Shown here one piece after another: positions 40,111-48,611 of a DNA stretch of 64,000 nt. The stretch comes from a virus. Taxonomy: Duplodnaviria > Caudoviricetes. The notes beneath the pieces were generated by a model. It saw only the letters and a list, made by a program, of their open reading frames with translations, was not told where the DNA came from and searched no databases. Numbering within the stretch: the first letter of the stretch is position 1; each line of letters begins with the position of its first letter. The stretch lies in IMG/VR virus record IMGVR_UViG_3300018494_000083. The stretch is one strand, 5' to 3'. The translations under genes were made by a program, and so were the position numbers.

Positions 40111-40761
40111 TTAATATTTTTCCATGTATTTTCCGATCTTTTCGACTGCGCTTCTGAGAAGCAAATAGTCATTGTCTGTTGCTTCATACTGTTTGCACAT
40201 TCTAAAGTACTCTTCCATAGTAAATAGATGTTCTTTTCTGAATCCCTTCTTGAAATCCTTGATGAATCCCATGAGATCACCGATAGCCTGATCCATATGA
40301 ATGAACAGCTTACCTGAGTGACACATCTGGTGATTTGTCTCGGTTAATCCCATAACTACCTGGATTCGACCAATCTCATGCTCAGTAAGAACGATATCTG
40401 CAACCTTAAAGGTACAAACTTTCTCGTCGTTTGCGAGAAGATGGTCGGTCACAATGCTTACAATATCGTAAAGTGTAAACAGAGGACCATGGTGCATTTC
40501 AATGGCAGTATTCGGGAAGCGATTACTATCAATACCAGCCTGGAATACATCTCGTGTGTAACCGAGCTTCTTCAACTCGGAAATATAATTAGTATATCTG
40601 GGATCTTTACGGACCAAATTCTCAACAGCTTTCACAAACATATTGAAGGTATCAGGGTCTTCAAGATCACCACGGTTAAGATACATTTTGCAAATATCAC
40701 CGCTTTTAGGAGCGACGACTTTGGGATTTTTATTACCCTTATTTTCAAATTTGCTCTCCAT
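40111..40761 (-). CDS. Conserved jumbo-phage protein with HNH-like His motif (paralog of 26146-26859)
   Basis: IEMHHGPLFTLYDIV...EHE...NHQMCHSGKLFI. Confidence 0.55.
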   Translation of the reverse strand: MESKFENKGNKNPKVVAPKSGDICKMYLNRGDLEDPDTFNMFVKAVENLVRKDPRYTNYISELKKLGYTRDVFQAGIDSNRFPNTAIEMHHGPLFTLYDIVSIVTDHLLANDEKVCTFKVADIVLTEHEIGRIQVVMGLTETNHQMCHSGKLFIHMDQAIGDLMGFIKDFKKGFRKEHLFTMEEYFRMCKQYEATDNDYLLLRSAVEKIGKYMEKY

Positions 40762-40816
40762 AACAGATCACCTCGTGAACTAATTTAATACTTTTTGGAC
40801 ATTCTAATATATAATA

Positions 40817-43800
40817 ATGTTCGAAACAGGAGGTAAATTTATGGAATTAACGCCTCATATTAAGGTTTTATTTGACGATCTTAACCAATTGATCAAAGGC
40901 ATCGTCGTGAAAAGACCTGACATTGCGATGGAGCGAGAAGCCGAATTGGATACCTTGTCTCTTGAGATGTATTATGCGTATCGAGACATTATCAACGGCG
41001 TAGATTCTGTTAGTTCTTACAACTCCATTCCAGCAGAGGTGTTAAAAACTCTTGTTGGATGGACACCCGTTGAAGATGGTTCTGTTTTCGTAAAAGCTAA
41101 ACCTGGAACCGGATCTATTCCCAATCCGAACACTGTAACCGACCAGCACTATGCATATAGAGCTCCTACTCCTGCCGATCAATTAGAACCTGGAACTTTG
41201 TGGGTTCATAAGATTGGTAAAGAGTATTACACTGAGATTCATTCCGAGATCGGTAAAGGAATCTTTGGCTCTATCCTGGTCGAGATAGATGATTCTACCG
41301 ATTACGGATTGGGTAAGTTTATTGATTCTCAATCTCGTCAAGTTCGTCCATATATCGAAGAAGCTTTCGTTTCTTGGGAGCTTGTAGACACAGATCTTTA
41401 TGATCAATATGGAAATCTGTACACCTATGTGACGAATAAACACTACATTCTTGATGAGATTACAAATAGCTATATCGAGATTGAAAATCCCGCAGCTAAC
41501 CAGCCAACTCTCGTAAGGAGATATTCACTTGGTTATAAATATGATAGACCTATTATCATAGGAACTAGGAATGAATATATTCCTGCTGATGAATTCGAGT
41601 TGGTAAACCATAAATATAATATCATAAGAACCTCGATTGTAGAGTTCAACGGTGAGTACAAACATATCACCGAACTCGACGAATATCAACTCAGTCTTCT
41701 TGAAGATGATGTTCCTATGTACTACGAAGTTATCGAAGTACAGAAGTCGGCAGATGCTAATGACATCACTTTCGAATATATGTTCGAGACAGACGACGAT
41801 GGCAATCCTAAGAGAACGACTAACATCAGACTTTCATTGACTGATGTAGAGATTCAAATCGATAATGATTACTATTACGTCGAGGATGCTAATGGTTCTT
41901 ACATCTTCGATGGAACAAACTATATTTGGGATCTTGACACACCGTCCAGTTTCCGATATTCTAAAAAGAAAGCAGAAGATGATATAGATAGATATAGCTT
42001 CTCTGCTGGTATATATACTGCCAACCCGAATGGTACATATACTTACATCTGTAATGACTGTATGTATTATATAGCTGAAAAGGTGGCAGACCTTACAAAT
42101 AAGCCTATTACAAGTATCACTGACCTGGATTATAAATTCTGGGAAAGTGCACGGTATGCAATGAGAGAATACATCATTGCAAATTATTGTCCTGCTCGAA
42201 ATCCTGCAGACTATCAGATTCCTCTCTATACAGGAGAGTCAAGCACCTATTACAGAATGCTTAATGGTCTGCCTGCTACGACGGATAAGAATGTTCCTAA
42301 GCTTGATAGAATGCTTATTGATCCCTTCTATGAAGGAACTAATACAAATCCCTATGTTTGGGAATTGACTGATAGAGAGATTGAAATTATTGAGGAGAAC
42401 GGAACTTTGGCTAAACTGAAGGCTGACTATCCGAAAGCTGAATATCTCTACTATCTCGGTAAGAATAGAATCGACGTAGTAAAAGCAAGAGATGCTCAAC
42501 CGTTTGATATTCTTCGAATTGGAGATAATGAGAATCAAAAACACATCGATCTTTTCTATCTTACTTACGATAAAGTAAAACGATATATTCTCGGTCGTTA
42601 TTATCAACCTGAACTCTTCCAAGAGTTTAACCATTACGTATCTTATCTCGGATTTATCATCCTCGCTAATACAGTAATCAACTGTATTACTCAGTCGAGT
42701 GATATTCTGATTTATGATGGATACATGGATGATAAGACTGTGAATAATATTCTGGATAGCTTTGGTTTCGAAGGAAAATTCGCAAAGCTTCCTACTATAT
42801 ATAGAAAGATGGTAGCCAAGAATATCATGATGCTTCTGAAGTACAGAGGCACTGATAAGGTCTATGACATCATCTATAACATCTGTGGCGTAACAAACTA
42901 CGATGTATTTAACTTTGAGATCACTAACCTGAAGGACCAAGATCTTTTAACGGTTATCAAGAAGTCTGTACTTGGTAAGGGTGAAAATAGCACTCTTACT
43001 GTAGAAGAACTTATTGAGGGTGATGATCTCTGGCAACTTGGTGTAGATACTATTGCTGCACTTGACTTCTTCAAGAGTGGAACAAAGTACATCGAGTTGG
43101 AAAATATTTTTGACCTTTCCGAGCTTGCATTGAATAACTCTTTCCTTCTGAACTATCTGATGGATCTCTCCAAGAATAGGCATATTCCTGTTGATGTTCC
43201 TAATGTCGGAATCTTCGAGTTATTCGATCTCATTGCTGCATTGTTTGCTATCCAATCGATCAAGTTTGGATACACTGGAACTATTCCTACCACCCCTGCA
43301 GCTGCTGCAAGTGTCTATAAATTTAATATCGACCAAGCTCTCAGTGGAGATCAGACTGTAAGAAGTATTCTGGAAACTTATGGTTCTAGACTTTCTGGTA
43401 CAAGTCTGAAGAATATCAATCATCTTCTCGAGATGCTTAAAACTACATCTTCGGTAGTTATCCCTGCACAAACAAGCGAAACTGTAAGATCTCTTGCAGA
43501 TGGATACTTTGATACTATCAGAGAAGATTCTCCTAATACGAATCTGAATGAGAATAGTTTCTATAAAGAAATCTTGAGACTTCGTGATACTGCAAGTAAT
43601 ATCGATGAATATAACTGCTACACTGAGATTCTTGATTGTATTCTCACTTCGTCAGTAACTGCCGATAACTTTAAACTAGATAATCCTGTATGGGAACCTA
43701 TTTTTGCAGGCACCTATGTAGGAAATCCTGAATCGTTCAATAAAGCAAATTACACTGCAAGTAAGTGGGCATACGGTGAAGACCTGTCTGTTATTTATCC

Positions 43801-44614
43801 TGATATCATTAACACGTCTCTTTATGAAGATAATGTGGTAACTGAGAATACTCTCGATGATAATGGTAAGGTTATTCTGTTTGCCTATAATATGGCTCCT
43901 GGTATGGTAGATGATCTTCTTGATCCTACTAAAGAGAACTATTATATGCTTCTCGAGCCTACTGCAATTGCCAATACTTATAGTGTAACTATCTATAAGA
44001 AATGCTATACTGCGCTTACCTACACCATGTATGTAAGAGAGCAGTGTCCTGATCTGTATAATCACATCTATGCAATTACAATCGATGATACCTATGTTAT
44101 CGATGCCTATGATACCGTATTCTCCGTTAGTGCTGCGTTCATTCGTGTTACTAAAGAGAATGGTGTTACTGTAATCGATTTCGGTGATGAGTCAAACTAT
44201 CATCTCATAGATAACGACTCGGATGGAGACATCGACCTTATTGCGCTCAGAGATGCAAGAACTATCACATATCAGGAATATTATCAGATCCTTGAACACA
44301 ATGCTGATACTATCTACAAGTCAATCATTGCAAAGATTGAGAGTCTTATCAACTCTAACCAGTTGAGAAAGAATCTTGTCCTGTCTCATGAAAGTGTAGA
44401 GAATGTTGTATCTTACATTGAGTTGCTTGTCAACATGTTTAAGGCTTACAATGCTGATATTCGAAAGAATAATATAATCTATGAAATCTCCAATAAAACC
44501 AATAACTCACTTCGTTTGTTTGATGTATTTAGCATGGATGTTAATACTCACAAGAAGGATGAGATTGGTATTTATGACGATCTTGAAATAACTATACATG
44601 GAGGTAATGAATAA
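40817..44614 (+). CDS. Large virion structural protein (baseplate-wedge-like)
   Basis: 1265 aa. The YYRMLNGLP and LLKYRGTDKV motifs are typical of jumbo-phage baseplate proteins. Start may be ATG 40841. Confidence 0.55.
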   Translation: MFETGGKFMELTPHIKVLFDDLNQLIKGIVVKRPDIAMEREAELDTLSLEMYYAYRDIINGVDSVSSYNSIPAEVLKTLVGWTPVEDGSVFVKAKPGTGSIPNPNTVTDQHYAYRAPTPADQLEPGTLWVHKIGKEYYTEIHSEIGKGIFGSILVEIDDSTDYGLGKFIDSQSRQVRPYIEEAFVSWELVDTDLYDQYGNLYTYVTNKHYILDEITNSYIEIENPAANQPTLVRRYSLGYKYDRPIIIGTRNEYIPADEFELVNHKYNIIRTSIVEFNGEYKHITELDEYQLSLLEDDVPMYYEVIEVQKSADANDITFEYMFETDDDGNPKRTTNIRLSLTDVEIQIDNDYYYVEDANGSYIFDGTNYIWDLDTPSSFRYSKKKAEDDIDRYSFSAGIYTANPNGTYTYICNDCMYYIAEKVADLTNKPITSITDLDYKFWESARYAMREYIIANYCPARNPADYQIPLYTGESSTYYRMLNGLPATTDKNVPKLDRMLIDPFYEGTNTNPYVWELTDREIEIIEENGTLAKLKADYPKAEYLYYLGKNRIDVVKARDAQPFDILRIGDNENQKHIDLFYLTYDKVKRYILGRYYQPELFQEFNHYVSYLGFIILANTVINCITQSSDILIYDGYMDDKTVNNILDSFGFEGKFAKLPTIYRKMVAKNIMMLLKYRGTDKVYDIIYNICGVTNYDVFNFEITNLKDQDLLTVIKKSVLGKGENSTLTVEELIEGDDLWQLGVDTIAALDFFKSGTKYIELENIFDLSELALNNSFLLNYLMDLSKNRHIPVDVPNVGIFELFDLIAALFAIQSIKFGYTGTIPTTPAAAASVYKFNIDQALSGDQTVRSILETYGSRLSGTSLKNINHLLEMLKTTSSVVIPAQTSETVRSLADGYFDTIREDSPNTNLNENSFYKEILRLRDTASNIDEYNCYTEILDCILTSSVTADNFKLDNPVWEPIFAGTYVGNPESFNKANYTASKWAYGEDLSVIYPDIINTSLYEDNVVTENTLDDNGKVILFAYNMAPGMVDDLLDPTKENYYMLLEPTAIANTYSVTIYKKCYTALTYTMYVREQCPDLYNHIYAITIDDTYVIDAYDTVFSVSAAFIRVTKENGVTVIDFGDESNYHLIDNDSDGDIDLIALRDARTITYQEYYQILEHNADTIYKSIIAKIESLINSNQLRKNLVLSHESVENVVSYIELLVNMFKAYNADIRKNNIIYEISNKTNNSLRLFDVFSMDVNTHKKDEIGIYDDLEITIHGGNE

Positions 44615-45408
44615 TGATGAATGAGAAATTCAAGTTTTCTGAGTCCATGCAACTGGACAATGGAAAGCTTATTATGTCTAACCATGCTTCCGGTAGAATT
44701 GTAGGAGAGCTCGAAATCAAAGGATTCGACCAGACTGGTAGAATGCTGTTTAAACGAGTTGAGCATAATGATGTAATTCTCCCTGGTTCGATCTTTGTTC
44801 TTGAGCAGATGTTTAAGAAGAAGGCAGCCGATCGTAGATTACATCCTGTTTCTATGAATACCGGAATCGCACAGTTCGGAACTGTAAATCTTACATCTTC
44901 TTGGACTGAACCTGAAAAAATCAACGACGAATTTGTCTTTGGATTTATGGCTGGTAACGGCGGTGCAAGCGTTACTGGTGCACATCCTGTAAGATATAGT
45001 GCTACTTCATTGATTGACGGATCTGGAAATGCATCTTTCCTTCCCTTCCGTATTATCAATGCAAGTCTGGCACAACCTACAAACTACGGTCTTCCTGTAC
45101 TTAACAATGGTAACTATATGTACTTCGCAAAGAAGTTCAGTACAGACCCTTCCATTGTAATTGCAGATAATACCGCTTATGCACAGATGCAGCTCGATAT
45201 CACTGCACAGGAATTCAGAGAGTATTTCACTCTTGGTGGAATTACTGAAAATGCAGGTATTAATCAGATCGGTCTTGTGGCTGGTCTTCATAACGTATCT
45301 GCTGGTACTTACGATGATGTCAAGCTCATTACAACTGCTAACTTTACAACTATTGATCTTACCGAAGACACAAGTTTCACAATCACTTATAAGATCTATT
45401 GCTTATAA
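44614..45408 (+). CDS. Putative structural (baseplate/tail) protein
   Basis: 264 aa, beta-rich, ending INQIGLVAG...TITYKIY like tail-collar/baseplate proteins. Confidence 0.5.
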   Translation: MMNEKFKFSESMQLDNGKLIMSNHASGRIVGELEIKGFDQTGRMLFKRVEHNDVILPGSIFVLEQMFKKKAADRRLHPVSMNTGIAQFGTVNLTSSWTEPEKINDEFVFGFMAGNGGASVTGAHPVRYSATSLIDGSGNASFLPFRIINASLAQPTNYGLPVLNNGNYMYFAKKFSTDPSIVIADNTAYAQMQLDITAQEFREYFTLGGITENAGINQIGLVAGLHNVSAGTYDDVKLITTANFTTIDLTEDTSFTITYKIYCL

Positions 45409-45417
45409 TGAGGAGGT

Positions 45418-46662
45418 ATGATCATGGCTGTAAATACTGTGCTTAAACCTGAAAGAGAGCTGACCGCTGAAGAGGTTGCTGAAGTTCTTGCTCTTGAGAG
45501 TAAAGATATTTGTGCAACTCTTTTCAAAAAGTGGTTTGCGAGAAAACCTGATGGTGGAGAGCCTCGTTTCTATGTAAATAACTACTTCCGTCTTCCCACA
45601 AGTAGATTCAATACTAAGAGAGAAGTATGGACAACGATAGGTATTTACATCGCTAACCTCCATCTTATTCAACCTAACTTTGCCAGTCTCTTGGGTTATG
45701 TAAATAAACCCTTTACTGGTAAAGAAATTGGTCGAATCGAATCTATTCTGTCAGACGCTCTTTATCATGATAAGATCAGTACAGATGCTATGGCTGATTA
45801 CTATAATCGACTCCAGTGGCTTGGTGGTGATAGAACGATCTCTTTGATTTCACCTTCTATTACCACTGCCCTGTTGAGGGAGCCTACGGAAATCATTGAA
45901 AGAAAGAAGCAACTCTTTGAGCAATACAAAGATGAACTTCGTGATGATAACCCGAATAACGCTATTGTTGCTGCTCGTATCGAGAAAGAGCTTGTTCAAA
46001 TGGCAGAAGAATTCCTTCACACGCAGGATGGTTGTGAGAACTTTGATTCTAAGTCAAAGGTCAATGTTGGCAACCATTATAAGAATATGAATATCATGAA
46101 GGGACCCATCAAAAACAGTTACAGTGGCGGTTATCGTGTAAACCAATCAAACTACAACAGTGGTATTACTAAAGAAGAATACTCTTCGTTTGCAGATTCC
46201 TCTGTTCTTGGTGCATACATGAGAGCCGTTAATACTGAGAAGGGTGGACACATGGCTAAGCAGGCTAACCAGGGTCTTAGTGGTATTGCTGCTGCTCCTA
46301 AAGGAAGCGACTGTAAGACTACTAAGTATCTGAGAGTCTTCCTGCATCCGAAGTCTAAAGAAGAATACCTTAACAGATATATCGTAGTTGACAAAGAACT
46401 TATCGAGCTTACACAAGAGAACTGGTCTACTTATGAGAATACATGGGTAGATATGAGATCTGCTATGTATTGCCTCGAGAAAGAACCTTGCTTCTGCAAT
46501 ATCTGTATCGGTAACCAGCCTTATCTGCTCGGACTTGAGAACTTCGGTCTGGCAGTGAGCCGCATCCCTAATAGACTTCTTGGTATCTCCATGAAAGCCT
46601 TCCACGACGCAACCGTCAAATCGATGGCTATCCCGCTTGATGATATCTTTGAATTCACTTGA
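45418..46662 (+). CDS. RNA polymerase beta' C-terminal fragment (probably virion RNAP)
   Basis: Bridge helix AVNTEKGGHMAKQ, SDCKT, Zn site RSAMYC...CNICIG, trigger loop ISMKAFHD; co-transcribed with structural genes. Confidence 0.85.
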   Translation: MIMAVNTVLKPERELTAEEVAEVLALESKDICATLFKKWFARKPDGGEPRFYVNNYFRLPTSRFNTKREVWTTIGIYIANLHLIQPNFASLLGYVNKPFTGKEIGRIESILSDALYHDKISTDAMADYYNRLQWLGGDRTISLISPSITTALLREPTEIIERKKQLFEQYKDELRDDNPNNAIVAARIEKELVQMAEEFLHTQDGCENFDSKSKVNVGNHYKNMNIMKGPIKNSYSGGYRVNQSNYNSGITKEEYSSFADSSVLGAYMRAVNTEKGGHMAKQANQGLSGIAAAPKGSDCKTTKYLRVFLHPKSKEEYLNRYIVVDKELIELTQENWSTYENTWVDMRSAMYCLEKEPCFCNICIGNQPYLLGLENFGLAVSRIPNRLLGISMKAFHDATVKSMAIPLDDIFEFT

Positions 46663-46673
46663 TAAAAAAAATA

Positions 46674-46710
46674 ATCCCTCATAGGTCATAAGCCTATGAG
46701 GGGTTTGTTT
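46674..46710 (+). terminator. Intrinsic terminator immediately upstream of array D
   Basis: CCCTCATAGG-tcataag-CCTATGAGGG followed by TTTGTTT. Confidence 0.75.
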
Positions 46711-46713
46711 GTC

Positions 46714-48562
46714 ACTCCGGCAACCAAAATACTATCAAGTTCATATTGGTCTCCAAATATTTTTAACGCTATAAATGGATCAGTAACGATTCATGATCCA
46801 AGAACTAAAAATGGTGTATCAACTCCACAATATGATCTTAACTGGATAATGTATTCCTATATCGAGATGTCATATGTTACTGATATTGGATCAAAGAAGT
46901 CCTGTTATCCAACTCAACAAGTCGGTGACCATACTCAATACCAGAATAAGCACTACCCATACTATCACCTGGCATTATTCTCCAAAACTGATCTTGAAAT
47001 CGAACTTCAGGTTCTCTTATAGGAGTAATTCACCATGAATATACCAGTCTACACGACAAGCGTAAGTTCCCAATGGATATCCTTCTTCTGTAATTCCTTC
47101 GATCATATTTTCATCTACTACATTTAAAGTTCTGTGTCGCTCTATTGGAGTTATCACCAATCGGTGTACCAGGTGTATACCACCAAGAATTGGCATCCCC
47201 AATTTCAGTTGGTGTAAACCATCTATTTTTTTCATATTGATGGCGTGGATTATTAGATGGAGTAAGTCACCATTTAATGTATCTGGTATATGCACCCAAG
47301 ATTTAGGGATACCGTCTCTATCAGTATCAAAATATCTATGCTGTTCATATGTGGGTCCAATATTACTTGATGGAGTTTATTGTTCCACCATGAATATGGA
47401 AAGCCGCATATGCGTTGCTCCATGTTTTACCATCTTTATCTATAACTGGTACATTATTATGAGTTACTAAACCTCCTTGATACCAATATGGAATATTATC
47501 CGGAGTAATCACCCGGTTCAGCCCAATTTATTCCAATTCCATAAGAACCATACCCGAAAGCCTGTATTATGGTTTCATAATATGCAGTTCCATCTTTTGT
47601 AAACTCATCTGGAGTAACACCTATAATCCATTCTACGCCACTGCCAGACCGAAGTTCTCCTGTTCGATGAATATAATTTCCATAGTTTGCTTTAGATGTA
47701 ACTAACATATCTGGAGTAATGCACCATTTATATCAGCAGCGCTAAATCCGGAAAGTATTACCTCGCCATCCTTTTCAATAGCAGTGTGTAAAACATGTCC
47801 ATTGTTTGCGCCGTCCCAATAATGATGGAATGGAAATGGAGTCCATACTCTGTAGCAGAATAAAAAGCGACGTTTGTAGATCCATAAGGACCTATATAGT
47901 GAAAAGTTCGTGGACTTTCCCATTCTTGATTTAGATTTATTTTAATTGGTGGAGTATATCATACGATTTACCAGCTATTTCTCCATCCATATATGTACAA
48001 TACCCAGCGTCAGACATTTTATACCAACGCCCTGGAGAATATTCATCGTGATAATGATCAGGAGTAGATTTCTCATACTTTATACTAACATTAGCATCTT
48101 CCGTTGTACTAGTCCCATAAATATTTATTCTATAACCATGGTTGGTTAACCAAAGGCTTTGCCAGTATGGTGATGATGGAGTCGCAAACACCAGGTTTAA
48201 AGTATTGGTTATATTCACAGTCAAAGACATTCCATCCAATTGCACCTTTTCCATCTGGGTATATCGAACCATAGTAATTCATAGATTTATTTCCATCTAT
48301 GAATGTAGGAGTGGTACCATACGCAAATGCATTAAGATATGCTTGAGAACTATAGCCTTGATGTTGAATATCTCGATAGAGGTATGTGGTTGATCCGTCT
48401 ACATCATGTGGAAAATAAGTTCCATTAGGAGTAGCAAACACCTGGTCCATTCCAGCCAGAATTCCAGCCATATTGAATACCACCATGTTTATTAGAAAAG
48501 ACAAATGTATTTACACTAATTACATTCTCACCAAACTCATTTTGATAGTAATGATAAGGAGT
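46714..48562. repeat. TP-cassette array D: 2 plus-strand + 14 minus-strand cassettes meeting tail-to-tail
   Basis: Plus-strand ACTCC at 46714 and 46822. Minus-strand ACTCC starting at 48562, 48432, 48312, 48182, 48065, 47955, 47842, 47717, 47615, 47506, 47376, 47263, 47151 and 47026. All are stop-free in the TP frame. Confidence 0.9.
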
Positions 48563-48611
48563 AGGTATTTATATTTGACTTAACTTTAAATTAATATGAA
48601 AGGAGAATATT

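Noticed and set aside
40817-44614. In-window acceptor gene for the cassettes (TP motifs in the 1265-aa protein or the 858-aa baseplate protein)
   Set aside because: TP dipeptides exist (e.g. APTPADQ...), but none is followed by a convincing cassette-like segment ending G-V-C/G-D at the right distance. The acceptor is probably outside the window.
46696-48504. Short ORFs in the track (46696, 47017, 47237, 47496, 47702, 47937, 48130; likewise 18870-19625 and 39645-40072) as real genes
   Set aside because: They lack RBSs and are chance concatenations of a cassette frame with off-frame neighbours.
46714-48562. CRISPR array interpretation of the ~115-bp periodicity
   Set aside because: The only invariant repeat is 5 bp (ACTCC). 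Units are 95-130 bp and coding in a fixed frame, and there are no cas genes in the window.
18816-48562. Diversity-generating retroelement (TR/VR)
   Set aside because: There is no reverse transcriptase in the window and no near-identical TR/VR pair, and differences between related units are not adenine-specific.
46714-48562. Simple pseudogene of a repeat-containing tail fibre
   Set aside because: No stops or frameshifts occur inside any unit and breaks occur only at junctions. Orientation is mixed, and the same pattern recurs at four separate loci.
18816-48562. Integron attC cassettes or a classical shufflon
   Set aside because: No attC-like inverted repeats or long sfx-type sites are present, units are not complete genes or C-termini with stops, and no tyrosine or serine recombinase was seen in the window.
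18816-48562. Alternative genetic code (stop-codon readthrough) explaining the fragmented regions
   Set aside because: Core genes translate full-length with the standard bacterial code, and the fragmentation comes from frame changes at junctions, not in-frame stops.
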